A DNA stretch of 51,788 bases. It comes from Tubiluchus corallicola. Lineage: Eukaryota > Animalia > Priapulida. Of the stretch, positions 11,552 to 23,286 are shown piece after piece; the first letter of the stretch is position 1, and each line of letters begins with the position of its first letter. The stretch covers positions 1 to 51,788 of the forward strand of contig JAQGDQ010002423.1 of the NCBI GenBank assembly GCA_030141605.1. Reading direction: 5' to 3'. A program made the translations under genes and the position numbers. The notes beneath the pieces were generated by a model. It was not told the origin of the DNA. It was given only the letters and a program-made list of their open reading frames with translations, and did no database searches.

Positions 11552-11935
11552 ATGAAAAGCTTAATTTATCTATGTTTTGCCGTTTTTTTATTAAACGCAA
11601 CAACTTCTGCAAATGCACAAGACAAAAAACTAAAAAGACCTAAAGATATAAAAGAAAAAGAATTTGATAATTTTAAAAACACTTCTTTTAACATTTATGA
11701 AAAAACTCTTGACTATAAAGCAATAAAAGAAGGAGAAAAAAAACTAACGTTGGAGGAAATAGCAGAAGTAGAAGAACTGAAAAATGATATAGCAACATTA
11801 CAAGAAGAAGGAGAAAAATTGCTTACAAAAGCAAAAAGTTTAAGTGTTATGAAAGCCCCCAAAGCAACAAGTAACACATCTAAATCAATACAAGCATTAG
11901 CTGAAGCATCTAAAATAATTGCAAGTATTATTTAG
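11552..11935 (+). CDS. Small secreted hypothetical protein
   Basis: Probable start ATG 11552 (MKSLIYLCFAVFLLNATTSANAQ signal peptide). Confidence 0.75.
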   Translation: MKSLIYLCFAVFLLNATTSANAQDKKLKRPKDIKEKEFDNFKNTSFNIYEKTLDYKAIKEGEKKLTLEEIAEVEELKNDIATLQEEGEKLLTKAKSLSVMKAPKATSNTSKSIQALAEASKIIASII

Positions 11936-11975
11936 CAAAGATTGAGAGAGCAATCATTAAACTGCTCAACTATTG

Positions 11976-12007
11976 AAAAAGGGATGTAAACTTACATCCC
12001 TTTTTTT
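11976..12007 (+). terminator. Rho-independent terminator
   Basis: AAAAAGGGATGTAA-AC-TTACATCCCTTTTTTT. Confidence 0.85.
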
Positions 12008-12154
12008 GTGCTTTTTCTTGTACTTGAAGATAAGTTGAAGAATATTTTTTTGTGGCAGGGTTTATAAATTTACAAACTTTGCACAAAATATTTTATACCA
12101 AACTTCTTTTCTGTTAGTAAAAAACCTACATTATATATTCATTTTTCAATACCT

Positions 12155-14017
12155 TTGCAAGAAAAAAATGAAATGACTACACAGTACTCTGAAGATTCTA
12201 TTAAAACCCTTGACTGGAAGGAACATATTCGTCGTCGTCCGGGGATGTATATTGGCAAATTAGGCGATGGCACTTCGCCTGACGATGGTATTTACATCCT
12301 TCTTAAAGAAGTAATGGACAATTCTATTGACGAGTTTATGATGGGAGCAGGCAAGCAAATTTCTATCATTAGAAGCGATTACACAGTAACTATTAGAGAT
12401 GAAGGACGTGGTATACCATTAGGCAAGTTGGAGGATGTATCTTCTAAAATGAACACAGGGGCAAAATACGATTCTAAGGCTTTCAAAAAATCAGTAGGTT
12501 TAAATGGTGTAGGTATTAAAGCTGTGAATGCTTTGTCAAGTTATTTCAAAATACAATCTTTTCGAGACAAACAATCAAAAACCATAGAGTTTAAACGAGG
12601 TAGTATCACAACACAAACAAAAATAGAACCTACTGCACAAATCAATGGTACAGAAGTAACTTTTATTCCTGATGCTGATATATTTGGCAGCTATCATTTT
12701 ATAAATTCGTATATAGAAACTTTTGTAAAAAATTATACATATCTTAATAGGGGCCTAACTATCAAACTCGATGACATTAAATATAGTTCTACAAATGGTT
12801 TGAAAGATTTGCTCAACACCAAAATTACTGAACAAAATCTTTATCCCATCATCCATTTAGAAGGCGAAGACATAGAAATAGCACTTACGCACGGCAACCA
12901 TTACGGAGAAGAGTATTACACATTTGTCAATGGGCAGCATACTACGCAGGGGGGAACACATCTTGTAGCTTTTCGCGAGGCTTATATCAGAACTATTAGA
13001 GAGTTTTATAACAAAAATTTTGATGCTTCTGATATACGCACCTCTATTATAGTAGCTTTAAGTATTAAGGTAGAAGAGCCTGTGTTTGAATCGCAAACCA
13101 AAACGAAACTTGGCTCAAAAGATATTTCACCCAATGGACAAAGCGTCAAAAACTTTATAAACGACTTTGTAAAGACACAGTTAGACAATTACTTACATAA
13201 AAATTCAGACACAGCAGAAATACTTTTGAAACGCATACAAGATTCTGAAAAAGAACGTAAAGCCATTTTTGGAATTAAAAAACTTTCACGCGAACGAGCC
13301 AAGAAAGCGAGCCTGCACAATAAAAAACTGAGAGACAGTAGAGTCCATTACAACTCAAAGCACCCAAGGAAAAAAGAAACTGCTATATTTATCACCGAAG
13401 GAGACTCAGCTAGTGGCTCTATCACAAAGTCGCGCGATGTAAACACACAAGCTGTATTCAGCCTCAAAGGAAAACCTCTCAACTGCTATGGGCTTACAAA
13501 AAAAATAGTATATGAGAACGAAGAATTTAGCCTATTACAAGCAGCTCTCAACATAGAGGAAGGTATTGAAGAATTGCGTTACAACAACGTTATTATTGCT
13601 ACTGATGCTGATGTAGATGGTATGCACATACGATTGTTGTTGATTACTTTTTTCTTGCAGTTTTTCCCTGACCTTGTGCGTAATGGGCATTTGCATATAT
13701 TGCAAACACCACTTTTTCGAGTAAGGAACAAGACTAAGACGCACTATTGCTATACTGATGAAGAAAGAAAAAAGGCTATTGCTACATTAGGTAAAAATCC
13801 AGAAATAACTAGGTTTAAAGGACTAGGTGAAATATCCCCTGATGAGTTTAAGCATTTTATAGGTAAGGATATAAAGCTGGAGCCTGTAATACTGAATGGT
13901 ACTACTACTATAAATAAGCTATTAGAATTTTATATGGGTAAAAATACTCCTGATAGGCAAAAATTTATCATCAATAACCTACATATAGAACAAGATAAAG
14001 TACAGGAGGCGGTGTAA
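12155..14017 (+). CDS. parE: DNA topoisomerase IV subunit B (start possibly ATG 12173)
   Basis: Motifs [32 protein letters not shown] and RFKGLGE; Bacteroidota short ParE type. Confidence 0.92.
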   Translation: MQEKNEMTTQYSEDSIKTLDWKEHIRRRPGMYIGKLGDGTSPDDGIYILLKEVMDNSIDEFMMGAGKQISIIRSDYTVTIRDEGRGIPLGKLEDVSSKMNTGAKYDSKAFKKSVGLNGVGIKAVNALSSYFKIQSFRDKQSKTIEFKRGSITTQTKIEPTAQINGTEVTFIPDADIFGSYHFINSYIETFVKNYTYLNRGLTIKLDDIKYSSTNGLKDLLNTKITEQNLYPIIHLEGEDIEIALTHGNHYGEEYYTFVNGQHTTQGGTHLVAFREAYIRTIREFYNKNFDASDIRTSIIVALSIKVEEPVFESQTKTKLGSKDISPNGQSVKNFINDFVKTQLDNYLHKNSDTAEILLKRIQDSEKERKAIFGIKKLSRERAKKASLHNKKLRDSRVHYNSKHPRKKETAIFITEGDSASGSITKSRDVNTQAVFSLKGKPLNCYGLTKKIVYENEEFSLLQAALNIEEGIEELRYNNVIIATDADVDGMHIRLLLITFFLQFFPDLVRNGHLHILQTPLFRVRNKTKTHYCYTDEERKKAIATLGKNPEITRFKGLGEISPDEFKHFIGKDIKLEPVILNGTTTINKLLEFYMGKNTPDRQKFIINNLHIEQDKVQEAV

Positions 14018-14038
14018 AATACAATAAGGTTTAAAATT

Positions 14039-14163
14039 ATGAACTATAAAGTTTTTTGTGGAGATACGAATATTAGAAACGATAAAAAAAGAAAGTTGAT
14101 TTAACGTTTTTAGCTCCTCCATTCAATCAACAAAAAGAATATAATTTACATAAAATATTTTAA
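14039..14163 (+). pseudogene. Remnant of an N4/N6 DNA methyltransferase
   Basis: Frameshifted fragments MNYKVFCGD and VDLTFLAPPFNQQKEY resemble the GD and motif IV (DPPF) region of beta-class methylases. Confidence 0.4.
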
Positions 14164-14486
14164 CAATTACATTTTCAGAGCAAGAAAGTTTTAGTAAGGT
14201 GAAAAATGTGGATAAAACATCGGTCAAATTACGTTTTAGAATAATGACAGAAATAAGAACAGAAGGAAATATATTAAATCATAGAAAATACCCTCGAATT
14301 ACAGATAATACATTAAACTTCATTATACCTTTCCATAATGAAAACGAATAAAAAATAACTATCCAAAAAATGAATAATGTTTTTAATAACAATCCGTTTC
14401 CTTTCGAAATATTTAAACTTAAACATTTACACAATGGGTATTTTCTTGTTTTTCGAACTACTTTAAAATAATTTTTAAAGACACAA

Positions 14487-17033
14487 ATGACTTCAAGTAA
14501 CAACACAGAAAATACTAATGATTATACAGTAAAGCCTTTATCAGGCTTATATCAAGATTGGTTTTTGGATTATGCTTCTTATGTGATTTTGGAGCGTGCT
14601 GTTCCGCATATCAACGATGGGCTAAAACCTGTGCAGCGGCGGATACTTCACTCTATGAAACGCTTGGATGATGGAAGATATAACAAGGTTGCCAATGTTA
14701 TTGGTCATACGATGCAGTTTCACCCACACGGTGATGCTTCCATAGGCGATGCACTGGTTCAACTGGGACAGAAGGATTTGCTGATAGATACTCAAGGCAA
14801 CTGGGGTAATGTATTCACTGGCGATGGTGCTGCGGCTCCACGATATATAGAGGCTCGTCTTTCTAAGTTTGCTTTGGATGTAGTATTCAACCCTAAGACT
14901 ACGGAATGGCAGCTTTCTTACGATGGACGTAACAAAGAGCCAATTACTTTGCCGATGAAATTTCCTTTATTACTTGCACAAGGGGTAGAAGGTATTGCTG
15001 TGGGATTGGCTTCTAAGATATTGCCTCACAATTTTAATGAGTTGATAGATGCCTCTGTAAAGTATTTGCGAGCTAAGGATTTTGAGCTTTATCCTGATTT
15101 TCCTACGGGTGGCTTTATAGATGTAAGCCGATATAATGATGGGCTGCGGGGAGGAGCAGTGAAGATAAGGGCTAAAATAGAAAAACGTGATGCCAAAACA
15201 CTTGCTATTACTGAGTTGCCTTTCACCAAAACTACAACTAGTCTAATTGATAGCATTATCAAAGCTAATGATAAGAATAAAATAAAAATAAAAAAAATAG
15301 ATGATAACACTGCTGAAAATGTTGAAATTATTATACAACTTGCGGCAGGCGTATCGCCCGATGTTACAATAGATGCTCTTTATGCTTTTACTGATTGTGA
15401 GATATCTATATCGCCTAATGCTTGCGTGATACAGGAAGAAACACCTATTTTTTTAGGTGTAAGGGAAATGTTGAAGGAAACTGCGGATCATACTGTTTAT
15501 TTACTTAAAAGGGAATTGGAAATAAAACAAGGTGAGCTGGAAGAAGGACTTCATAATGCTTCTTTGGAAAAGATATTTATTGAAAATCGTATTTATCTTA
15601 CGATAGAAGATTGCGAAACGTGGGAAGAAATAATTACTACCATAGATAAGGGCTTAAAACCTTTTACTAAGAACTTGTTGCGCGAAGTTACAGAAGAGGA
15701 TATTACTCGCTTGACGGAAATAAAAATAAAACGTATTTCAAAGTTTGATGCTTTCAAAGCAGATAATCATATCAAAGGATTAAAAGAGGATATTAAGGAT
15801 GTGAAGGATAAGCTGGCACATCTTATAGAGTATGCTATAGACTATTATCAAAATATAAAGAAAAAGTACGGTAAAAACTATAAGAGAAAAACCCAAATAC
15901 AGAGTTTTGATACTATAGAGGTAACCAAGGTAGTGGCTGCTAACGAAAAACTATATATCAACAGGAAGGAAGGTTTTATTGGTACATCGTTGAAAAAGGA
16001 CGAATACGTATGCGATTGTTCTGATATAGATGATATTATCATTTTCTTTAAGAGTGGTAAATATATTATTACAAAAGTATCGGATAAGGTATTTGTAGGT
16101 AAGAATGTAGTGTGGCTCAATGTGTTTAAAAGGAATGATAAACGTACTATATACAATGCTATCTACTTGGATGGGGAAACTAATGTAACTTATATGAAGC
16201 GTTTTGCGGTAACGGGCATTACTCGTGATAAGGAATATGACCTTACACAAGGTAGCAAGGGGTCTAAGTTATTGCATTTTACAGCTAATCCTGATGGAGA
16301 GGCAGAAATAATAAAGGTAATATTGCAGCCTCGCCCTCGTCTTAAAAACCTGTTTATCAATGTTGATTTTAGCAATTTAGCTGTGAAGGGGAGAAATTCA
16401 CAAGGCAATATAGTAACGAAAAATTCTATTCATAAAATTAAGTTGAAGAAGAAGGGAGTATCCACTCTTGGGGGACAGAAGATATGGTTTGACCCTAAGG
16501 TAAAAAGATTGAATGTGGAGGAGAAAGGAGAATTTTTAGGAGAATTTTTTTCGGAAGATAAGATATTGGTTATTAATAAAGATGGAGAGTATCGTCTTAC
16601 AGATTTTGAATTGACCAACCATTTTAATGAAAAGATAGAAGTGATAGAAAAGTATGACTCTAATAAAACGTGGAGCGTTATATTCTTTGATGCAGAGCAA
16701 GGTTACTATTATGCTAAGCGTTTTCAAATAGAGAAAACAAGTGGAAACTTCAATTTTATTGGGGAAAATCCAAAATCCAAAATAAAATTGATAACAGCGG
16801 ATGAGCATCCTCAAATAAAAATAAAATATGACCCTAAGAGTACAAAGAAAGAGGATGAGTTGGTGGATATTAAGGAGTTCATAGGTGTGAAAAGCTATAA
16901 AGCGAAAGGCAAGCGGCTGACTATTTACAAGATAGCTAAAATAACAAAGCTTACGCACCTAAGAAATAAAAATCAACAAAGTATGAGTGATACGTTAAAA
17001 AGTATTTTTGATAAAGGTAATTTTAAAAAATGA
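14487..17033 (+). CDS. parC: DNA topoisomerase IV subunit A
   Basis: Motifs DGLKPVQRRIL, FHPHGDASI and AAPRYIEARL (catalytic Tyr). Confidence 0.92.
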   Translation: MTSSNNTENTNDYTVKPLSGLYQDWFLDYASYVILERAVPHINDGLKPVQRRILHSMKRLDDGRYNKVANVIGHTMQFHPHGDASIGDALVQLGQKDLLIDTQGNWGNVFTGDGAAAPRYIEARLSKFALDVVFNPKTTEWQLSYDGRNKEPITLPMKFPLLLAQGVEGIAVGLASKILPHNFNELIDASVKYLRAKDFELYPDFPTGGFIDVSRYNDGLRGGAVKIRAKIEKRDAKTLAITELPFTKTTTSLIDSIIKANDKNKIKIKKIDDNTAENVEIIIQLAAGVSPDVTIDALYAFTDCEISISPNACVIQEETPIFLGVREMLKETADHTVYLLKRELEIKQGELEEGLHNASLEKIFIENRIYLTIEDCETWEEIITTIDKGLKPFTKNLLREVTEEDITRLTEIKIKRISKFDAFKADNHIKGLKEDIKDVKDKLAHLIEYAIDYYQNIKKKYGKNYKRKTQIQSFDTIEVTKVVAANEKLYINRKEGFIGTSLKKDEYVCDCSDIDDIIIFFKSGKYIITKVSDKVFVGKNVVWLNVFKRNDKRTIYNAIYLDGETNVTYMKRFAVTGITRDKEYDLTQGSKGSKLLHFTANPDGEAEIIKVILQPRPRLKNLFINVDFSNLAVKGRNSQGNIVTKNSIHKIKLKKKGVSTLGGQKIWFDPKVKRLNVEEKGEFLGEFFSEDKILVINKDGEYRLTDFELTNHFNEKIEVIEKYDSNKTWSVIFFDAEQGYYYAKRFQIEKTSGNFNFIGENPKSKIKLITADEHPQIKIKYDPKSTKKEDELVDIKEFIGVKSYKAKGKRLTIYKIAKITKLTHLRNKNQQSMSDTLKSIFDKGNFKK

Positions 17034-17527
17034 AAATCTATCTTATAGGCTTTATGGGGTCAGGAAAAACAACCTTAGGGCGAAGAGTGGCCAAAAAACT
17101 TAATCTTCAATTTATAGATATGGATAGCTATATAGAAAGGAAAGAATATAGAGCTATTCCCGAAATTTTTAGTAAGGACGGAGAAGATATTTTTAGACAG
17201 ATAGAACACGATACTTTAAAAGAATTGCTAAAAAAAGACAATTGCATTATAGCCACAGGAGGGGGAAGCCCTTGTTATTTCAACAATATGAATTTGATGA
17301 ATAAAACGGGCATTACAATTTATTTAAAGTTGAGCGTAGAAACTCTTGCACAACGATTGAGAGATTCTACAACAAAACGTCCTTTAATTGAAAATAAAAC
17401 ACAAAAAGAACTTTCAGCATATATCAAAGAAACTTTACAAAAAAGAGAGCCTTATTATACACAAGCACAGCACATAATAAAAAATGATAATATTAAACCT
17501 CAAGATATTTTAAATGCTCTTCAATAG
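17030..17527 (+). CDS. aroK: Shikimate kinase
   Basis: GFMGSGKTT P-loop, ATGGG and RPL motifs. Confidence 0.95.
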   Translation: MKIYLIGFMGSGKTTLGRRVAKKLNLQFIDMDSYIERKEYRAIPEIFSKDGEDIFRQIEHDTLKELLKKDNCIIATGGGSPCYFNNMNLMNKTGITIYLKLSVETLAQRLRDSTTKRPLIENKTQKELSAYIKETLQKREPYYTQAQHIIKNDNIKPQDILNALQ

Positions 17528-18081
17528 AAAAATATTTCTGTTTGCTGTGTGTAAGCTTAATTTGTATCAAAATTTAGCAAACTTACTTATTCGCTATCAA
17601 AAGATAATGTATCTAAGGCAATACTATTAAATTTAGGCAACTATATGTTTATTTAACCTAATGTACTTTTGTTAATCTTGCCCTTGAGAGTAGGTATAAA
17701 GTTAAAGTGAAAAAAAGGTTTTATATTGTAAATGAATAATTGTTTTAGCAAGAGCATCTTCAATTTAAATGAAAAGAGTAATAATTCTACTATGTAGTCT
17801 AAATTTTTCAGTCTGTTTGTCCTATTCACAAAAAATAGAAGTATGTTCAATTTGCGAGGTCAAAACGATAAAAAGTGCAATAAAAAAAGCCAATGAAAAC
17901 GATACTATCATTGTGCATAAGGCAATTTATAAAGAAAGCAACATACTTATAAACAAACCTATAAAACTGATAGGTAAAGATTTTAAGTGTTCTTCAATAG
18001 AAGAACACTTTTGTTTGTTGTGTAGCAAGTTTTTTTGTATCGAAATTTAGCAAGCTTACCTATTCGTTATGAAAAGATAAT
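17501..18081 (+). repeat. Diverged direct repeat of about 105 bp (17501-17608 and 17977-18081)
   Basis: TCTTCAATAGAA...TTTGTATC(A/G)AAATTTAGCAA(A/G)CTTAC(T/C)TATTCG(C/T)TAT(C/G)AAAAGATAAT occurs twice. Confidence 0.8.
17769..18050 (+). pseudogene. nosD: N-terminal fragment of a NosD-like periplasmic protein
   Basis: Signal peptide plus IEVCSICEVKTIKSAI..A...DTIIV....YKE.NI.INKPI.LIG, after which the reading runs into a duplicated copy of the aroK 3' region. Confidence 0.6.
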
Positions 18082-18156
18082 TATTCGGGGCAGTGTTCTT
18101 GATATTCATTATAACTAGTAATAGTCTTCTCAGGTCTTCCATTTGAATCGTAGATA

Positions 18157-19695
18157 TCAATTCTCCCCCCCCCCATTTTTGAACATATCTGAAACACCCG
18201 TGATGTCGCAAGCACTACCTAAATCTAAATCTTCACTTATAGTCAGACTAGATAATTTACTCATATAAGTTACATCCAAATCTTTAATTTCAACCATAGT
18301 ACCTGAACAATCAAGATGCTCTAAATAATTGAATTTATTTAGTTCCACTAGATCCAAAGTAAGGGAACTATTCCTATTGACTTTTATGTGTTTTAAGTTC
18401 GGATTATTAGTTGTCTTCAATACTACTAATTCTGTTATATTATTGTGACTACACCTAAAGCTCGTTAAGTTTTCATTCTGTGTCACATCTAATCTTGTAA
18501 GCTCATTCCACTCACACCAAAGTGTGTCTAATCCCGGAAGATGACTTACGTTTAATTTACTTATACCAATGCTAGAACAAATAAGTCCTGTTAAATTCTT
18601 GTTTTGACTAATATCAAGGTTTTCTGGAAAATTCGTAGCATTAGTTAAATTTAAATGAGTTAATTTTATGTGCTTCGTTATATCGAAACCCTTCGAAAAA
18701 TCGTTAGAGCCGCCGCAACTTAGATCCGTCAAATTTAAATTATTGCTTATATCTAAGGCTTTAAGTTTATTGGAAGAGCAATATAACTGATGTAACTTTA
18801 TATTTTTGCTCAGATCTAATTCTTGTTTGTATCCATTGCGGTTGATGCTGTAGGAGCAGTTTAACAAAAGTAAATTTATATTTTTACTCACATCCAATGT
18901 ATCTAATTTTTGCTTTGCGCAATTGAAGTATGTTAAATTTGGAAAATATTCAATACCTTCTACAGATGTAATATGAGTACCACCGACATACAATACTTCT
19001 ATTTTTGTAAGATTTACTGCATCTTCATGTCTAATTTCAAGAGAATCATCATTAGCAAAAGCGTCAGGGATTATTCTTTTTAGGGTGTCTCTAAAAACTT
19101 CATCTGGCACCCAAAAGTAAAAAGAAAACTCACAATTTTTTGCAATTTGATCTTCATCAGGGTTGGTTTTATTACCGTTAATAGATACTTCTCCTCCTCG
19201 CAGCAAGTATGTTTTGAGAGAGCAATATTCCTCTAGATTGGTATTATTGTTGATAGAAAAATTTCCTCCTACAGAAATAAGGTTCTCTAAGCCCTGTAAA
19301 TTTTCTAAAGAACTATTATTCACAATATCAAAATTTCCTCCTACAGAAATAAGGTTCTCTAAGCTCTCTAAATTTTTTAAAGAACTATTCTTAATCTCAA
19401 GGTTTCCTTCTACAGATTCAATCGTTTGTAGTGGAGTTAAGTCTGTAATGCCAGTACCACTAATAGATAAGCTCCCTGTTATCCTATCACACCCCGTATT
19501 TTCAAAATCATTTACTTCTTGCTGACTTCTTAAGGTCACATTTTGACACTTTGGTTCTTCTGGTGTTGGTTCGTCTTTATCTTTTTTACAGCTTGCTACA
19601 ACAAAAGCAGAAAAAAGAAGAACAGAAAAAAGAAGAACAGAAAAAAGAAATAACAACGCTGATTGGTTTTTTTGTAAATTTTTCATAGCGTACAT
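18157..19695 (-). CDS. Leucine-rich-repeat surface lipoprotein (receptor-L-like and LDLSKN-type LRRs)
   Basis: Lipobox VVASC-KKDK and LRR units LDVSKNINL and LDISNNLNL. A G10 tract near the 3' end may truncate the protein. Confidence 0.85.
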   Translation of the reverse strand: MYAMKNLQKNQSALLFLFSVLLFSVLLFSAFVVASCKKDKDEPTPEEPKCQNVTLRSQQEVNDFENTGCDRITGSLSISGTGITDLTPLQTIESVEGNLEIKNSSLKNLESLENLISVGGNFDIVNNSSLENLQGLENLISVGGNFSINNNTNLEEYCSLKTYLLRGGEVSINGNKTNPDEDQIAKNCEFSFYFWVPDEVFRDTLKRIIPDAFANDDSLEIRHEDAVNLTKIEVLYVGGTHITSVEGIEYFPNLTYFNCAKQKLDTLDVSKNINLLLLNCSYSINRNGYKQELDLSKNIKLHQLYCSSNKLKALDISNNLNLTDLSCGGSNDFSKGFDITKHIKLTHLNLTNATNFPENLDISQNKNLTGLICSSIGISKLNVSHLPGLDTLWCEWNELTRLDVTQNENLTSFRCSHNNITELVVLKTTNNPNLKHIKVNRNSSLTLDLVELNKFNYLEHLDCSGTMVEIKDLDVTYMSKLSSLTISEDLDLGSACDITGVSDMFKNGGGEN

Positions 19696-19917
19696 CTTAT
19701 TATTATCAAAAAGCCGAAGGTAAAAAAATATTTTAAATATATCAATTTTTTTGAAAAAATATACTTTCTTACATTCTTTCCCTTGTAATCATATACTTTT
19801 TTTTAGTTTTGTTCCTAATATTAAGTTAGTTTTTACCTATAGTTTATAAGCTTTAATAAAACTAAAAGTACACTGCTTAAATTATTTATATGTCGTTACC
19901 TTATCAAAAATATAGTG

Positions 19918-22912
19918 TTATCTTCTTTTCTTTATTCTTCCTACTATCTTTTTTGCTCTTTTCTTTGTGTCGTATGCTATAGGTGTGGCTATGAATAGCG
20001 AAGAGTACGTTCCAACAACTACTCCTATAAGCAAAGCAAATATAAACCCTTGTATAATCTCGCCTCCAAATAGGAATATAGCAAGTAGTACTATAAGAGT
20101 ACTTAAAGAGGTACTAAATGTTCTTCTTAATGTACTGTTGAGTGCTTTATTTGTTATTTCTTGGGTATCTCTTTTGGGGTAAAGTTGCAAATATTCTCTT
20201 ATTCTGTCAAAAACTACTACTGTATCGTTAATAGAATATCCTGCTACTGTAAGTATGGCTGCTATAAATGCTTGATTAATTTCTAACGAGAAAGGCATAA
20301 TATTGTAAAGAAGCGAAAACAACCCCAGTACAATAATCGTGTCGTGAGCTAACGCTACAACTGCCCCAAGCCCATATTGCCAAGCCCTAAAACGCAGTAG
20401 TATGTATAAGAAGATGATGATAAGAGCAAAAATAATAGAAAGCACAGCTGCTTGTTTTATATCTTCGGCAATGGTAGGTCCTACCTTTTGTGAACTTATA
20501 ATATAATTATTTGCAAAGTTTTCTTGACTAACTTCTTGTCCTATGAAAGGAAGCAATCCTGCATAAAGCAATTTTTCTACTTCCTCATCTATCTCTGGAG
20601 TATCATCATTTATTTTGTATTTAGTAGTTATTTTAAGTCGTTTGTCATTGGTTGATGTTTTTACCTCTGGACTACTGTTGAACTGTGCTGTAAGTTCTTT
20701 TCTAACCTCTTCCGTAGTTACAGGGTTTTGAAATTCTACGGTATATCTTCTTCCTCCAAGAAAGTCAATACTTTGGTTCAAGCCATTGGTAAGTAGCGAA
20801 CCGATAGATATAAGTATAAGTATTCCAGAAAATGTATAAGCTAATTTTCTTTTCTTTATGAAATTAATATTTGTATTGGTCAATAAATTCTTAGTAATGT
20901 TAGAGATAAATGTAATTTTTTTATTTCCTTTTTTCAGCTTGTGTTCAAATATAAGGCGTGTGATAAATATAGCACAAAACAAAGAAGTACAGATACCTAT
21001 AATAAGCGTGGTTGCAAAACCTTTGATAGGTCCTGTTCCAAAATAATAAAGTATAATACCCGTAAGAAATGTGGTAATATTAGCATCGAAAATAGCTGAG
21101 TATGCATTTCTATATCCATCTGCAACAGCAAGTTTTATTCCCTTACCTGCCTTCAATTCTTCATTTATCCTTTCATATATTAGCACATTGGCATCTACTG
21201 ACATACCAATAGTAAGAATAATACCTGCGATACCGGGCAAGGTAAGCACAGCACCAAGCGAAGCAAGCACACCAAGTATGAAAAACATATTAACAATAAG
21301 AGCAATATTGGCAGTAAAACCAGCATTAGTGCTATAAAAGAGTAGCATATAAAAAAGTACTATGGCAAAAGCAATGATAAATGAGTTCATCCCTGCTTTG
21401 ATAGACTCTTTACCAAGTGTAGGTCCTACAGTTTCATCCTGTACTATGTTGATAGGAGCAGGTAATTTACCCGATTTAAGTATATTCGCAAGGTCTTGTG
21501 CTTCTTCTATGGTAAAATTGCCTGTAATTTGCGAAATACCATTAGGAATTTCTCCTTGTACTGTAGGAGACGAGTATACATAGCCATCCAACATTATGGC
21601 AATACTTTTATCTACATTGTTTTTAGTCAGTCTTGCCCAAATCTTAGCACCTTCGGTATTCATTTTCATTGTTATCTCAGGGTTTACACCTGTTTGGTCA
21701 AACTGCTGCGAGGCATCAGTAATATAATTACCTGTAAGAGCGGGCAATTGATTTCTATTGGTAACCTTAATAGCGTGTAACTTAAATACATCCTTAGTAT
21801 TTTTTATTGGCTTAGCTTCCCATACAAACTTTATGTTTCGGGGAAATAAATTACTAATTTGTTTTAAAGACAAATAATGATTTATGAGGGCAGTATCTTT
21901 GGCTTTGGTGAGTCCAATAGTGGAACTAGTGATGAGTTGCCCTTGGCTGTCTAAATTAGGATACAACTTAGAAAACAAAGGATATTCTTTTTCTGCATTT
22001 ATATCTACAGTGGTTTGTGTTGTTGTATCTTCTTCTATTTCACCAAGTAATTCTTCTATGTTTGAAGAGGTAGTAGCATCTGTTTTTTCAGTTTTTGTTT
22101 GTGCTTTCTGTTCTGTTTTAGGAACATTAGTAGCCAGTATTTCCTTTAGTTTTTCATTGGCTTGCTCAAGGGTAGGGTATATTTCAGTGTTGTCATAAGT
22201 CTCCCAGAATTCTAAATTAGCACTACCTTGTAATAGCTTTCTTACTCTTTGCGGGTCTTTGACACCTGGTAACTCAACCAATATTCTACCTGTTATTTCA
22301 GCTTTTTGTATATTGGGTTGAGCCACGCCAAAACGGTCTATTCTTGTTCTAAGTATATTAAAGGTATTGTCGATAGATGCTTGTATTTCTTCTCTCAATA
22401 CTTTTTCTACATCTTGGTTTGATGAATTGAAATTTATCCTATCCGAAAGTTCTCGAGTAGAAAAGATAGCCGCCAATTGTCCATTGGGAGCTATAGCTTC
22501 AAAAGCGTTGATAAATAGAGAGATAAAATCTTCCTGATGATTAGTAACACGATTTTCTTTAGCAAGAGTAAGAGCATAGTTGAAAGTGCTGTCTTTGTTA
22601 TAGTTGGAAAGTGCTTTTATAATCTCTTCTACCGATACTTCAAGCGTTACATTCATTCCACCTTTGAGGTCTAAACCAAGATTCAGTTCTTGCTCCTTGC
22701 ATTCGCGGTAGGTGTATTCTCTTAATCCAAGAAAATTATAAACAGTTTCATCAGAGATAGAATCTATATATTTATTATAAATGTCAGGGTCTCCCTGTGC
22801 GTAGGTTTCCCGCTTTTTCTATACTTTTAGTTTTGTAAGTAAAAGTGAGTTGGTAGATAGATATAAGGGCTACTATAATTGCTATTGAGATGATGGCTCC
22901 TTTGTTTCGCAT
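19918..22912 (-). CDS. secDF: Protein translocase subunit SecDF, with an apparent frameshift near 22810
   Basis: The true start MRNKGAI is at 22912. The frame changes near GAAAAAGCGGGAAACC and continues into LNLGLDLKGGMNV, followed by the SecD and SecF transmembrane motifs. Confidence 0.92.
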
Positions 22913-23286
22913 TGGTACTATATTATTATTTTATTAATACTGTGTATTTTTAGGATGCAAATATATTGTTTTTGTTTTAATATGTGAAATTGTTGAGAAT
23001 ATATTTTATAATTACAGTTGTTATTTCTTTAAGACAAGTATTTTTTCTAAAAACTTTCAACATAAGATGAAAAATAATTTTCAAGACCTATGAGAGACAA
23101 AACAAAAAGGGGTAAATTACAAATTGTATGAAAAAAGCAGGAAAGTCTTTATAAATAATAGGATACAGAAGCGAAAGGAAGGAAAAAAAATAAAAACAAA
23201 TGGGGTGGAAATTTAATTTTAATATATATGATAAGCTAAAATGCTATGGAAAGTTTAATTTTAATAGTGATTAAAACTATTCAAGG

